Source: Gemmatimonadota bacterium (GTDB lineage: Bacteria > Gemmatimonadota > Gemmatimonadetes > Longimicrobiales > Gaopeijiaceae). From it: a stretch of 16,515 nt of DNA. Of the stretch, positions 15,814 through 16,515 are shown piece after piece. Within the stretch, counting starts at the first letter, position 1. Every line of letters starts with the position of its first letter. The notes under the pieces were generated by a model. The model was not told the origin of the DNA and did not search any database. It saw only the letters and a program-made list of their open reading frames with translations. The position numbers and the translations under genes are program-made. Where the stretch lies: NCBI GenBank assembly GCA_039589315.1, contig JBDHHQ010000107.1, positions 1 to 16,515 of the forward strand, read 5' to 3'.

Positions 15814-16465
15814 GGAGAATCGGACCCGGGTGTAAGCCAACCGTTCCAGAGCCGCATGTGGGGGCTGGACGCGCTCCGCTCTGCGTGACCCGGTGGCGCA
15901 AAACGTCCAAAGCGCCGGTCCCGGCTCCGAGGAGGTGGTGCCGCCCCAAGGCCGGCCTACCCCCGCACGCCTCCACCAGCGCCGCCGCCGTCGAGAGCGT
16001 GCCTTCCTTCGCGATCCGAAACCGCAGGCGCTCCTCGTTCCGTCCGTCGCTTCCCTCCGACCCCGCTCCCGAAGACCCAGGATCCGGACCGAAACCCCCG
16101 GAGAGTCACCGCCCACCAAACGATCGAGGTCCAGCGTGAAGGTGAGCGGCAGCGACGAACCTCTCAGCGCCCGCTACACGAGCTTCTCGGCACGCCCTGC
16201 AGAACACAGCCGAAGGTGCCTGCCGTCCTTGGAGAGGACGCGCTCCCGGGTCTCCCCGAAACGGGGACCCGGAGGGCGGTCCTCCGGCGGCTCTGGGCCA
16301 CGAGCCCGTAGCGCTGGAGCGCCCTACCCCCGTAACGAATGCGTTGCGCGGTCCTTGCTTGCCTGAGTACCGCGATCTCAGCAACTTCGATCGTTACTCC
16401 GGGGCGGTGGATTGCCCAGGCAGCGGGCGTCTCGCGGGCTGTCTCGACCGACGCATGGAGCGCGT

Positions 16466-16515
16466 TTGAAGAACATCCTCCAGGAGATCCACGACCGGTC
16501 GCTGTGGCAGGTGCT
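16466..16515 (+). CDS. 5' end of a gene running off the window (MKNILQEIHDRSLWQV...), resembling the N-terminal membrane-entry segment of TPR/receptor-like proteins
   Basis: GGAG at 16457-16460, TTG at 16466, frame open to the end of the window. Resembles the '..EIHRRSLWQV' N-terminal pattern recalled from related proteins. Not in the ORF track. Confidence 0.6.
   Translation, partial: MKNILQEIHDRSLWQV

Noticed and set aside
16160..16200. Faint resemblance to IS/MITE terminal sequences (ctctcagcgcccgcta, ttctcggcacgccctgc)
   Set aside because: No matching inverted partner, target-site duplication or transposase was found.
16100..16240. Glycine riboswitch (GGAGAG, CTCTCAG and CCGAAG words are present)
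   Set aside because: The order is wrong: CCGAAG should lie between GGAGAG-P2 and CTCTCAGG but occurs downstream, CTCTCAG is not followed by G, and the next gene is not glycine-related.
15893..16366. 157-aa plus-strand ORF with an SD-like GAGGAGGTG near 15929
   Set aside because: Arg/Ser/Pro-rich composition typical of non-coding GC-rich frames, no recognisable motif, and the SD-like word directly abuts the following GTG.

Overview
High-GC bacterial DNA. The gene families (TPR receptor-like proteins, an 'SDPISRLNAALEGRY' Ser/Thr kinase, an ADOP permease with PadR) point to Gemmatimonadota; this is inferred from family resemblance only. In order: the 3' part of a TPR protein gene and a small membrane-anchored ORF (+); a minus-strand run of amgK-like kinase fused to a RapZ C-terminal domain, murU, an atypical metzincin (M43-like) protease and a translationally coupled secreted CxxC/HEAT-like + Ig-domain protein; a small coiled-coil gene built on an 8x21-bp tandem repeat (+); a padR-ADOP permease operon with a clear sigma70-type promoter (-); a Ser/Thr kinase with a TolB-like propeller broken by a frameshift/deletion near 13574 (+); a 4xCxxC hypothetical gene (-); a ~650-bp hairpin-rich intergenic region; and the first codons of another gene (+). 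No rRNA, tRNA, CRISPR array or intact transposase was seen. The best candidates for new biology are the TPR receptor/small exported protein/variant metzincin/Ig-protein cluster, the AmgK-RapZ-CTD fusion, and the repeat-expanded RhxxhE coiled coil. All functional links are hypotheses.
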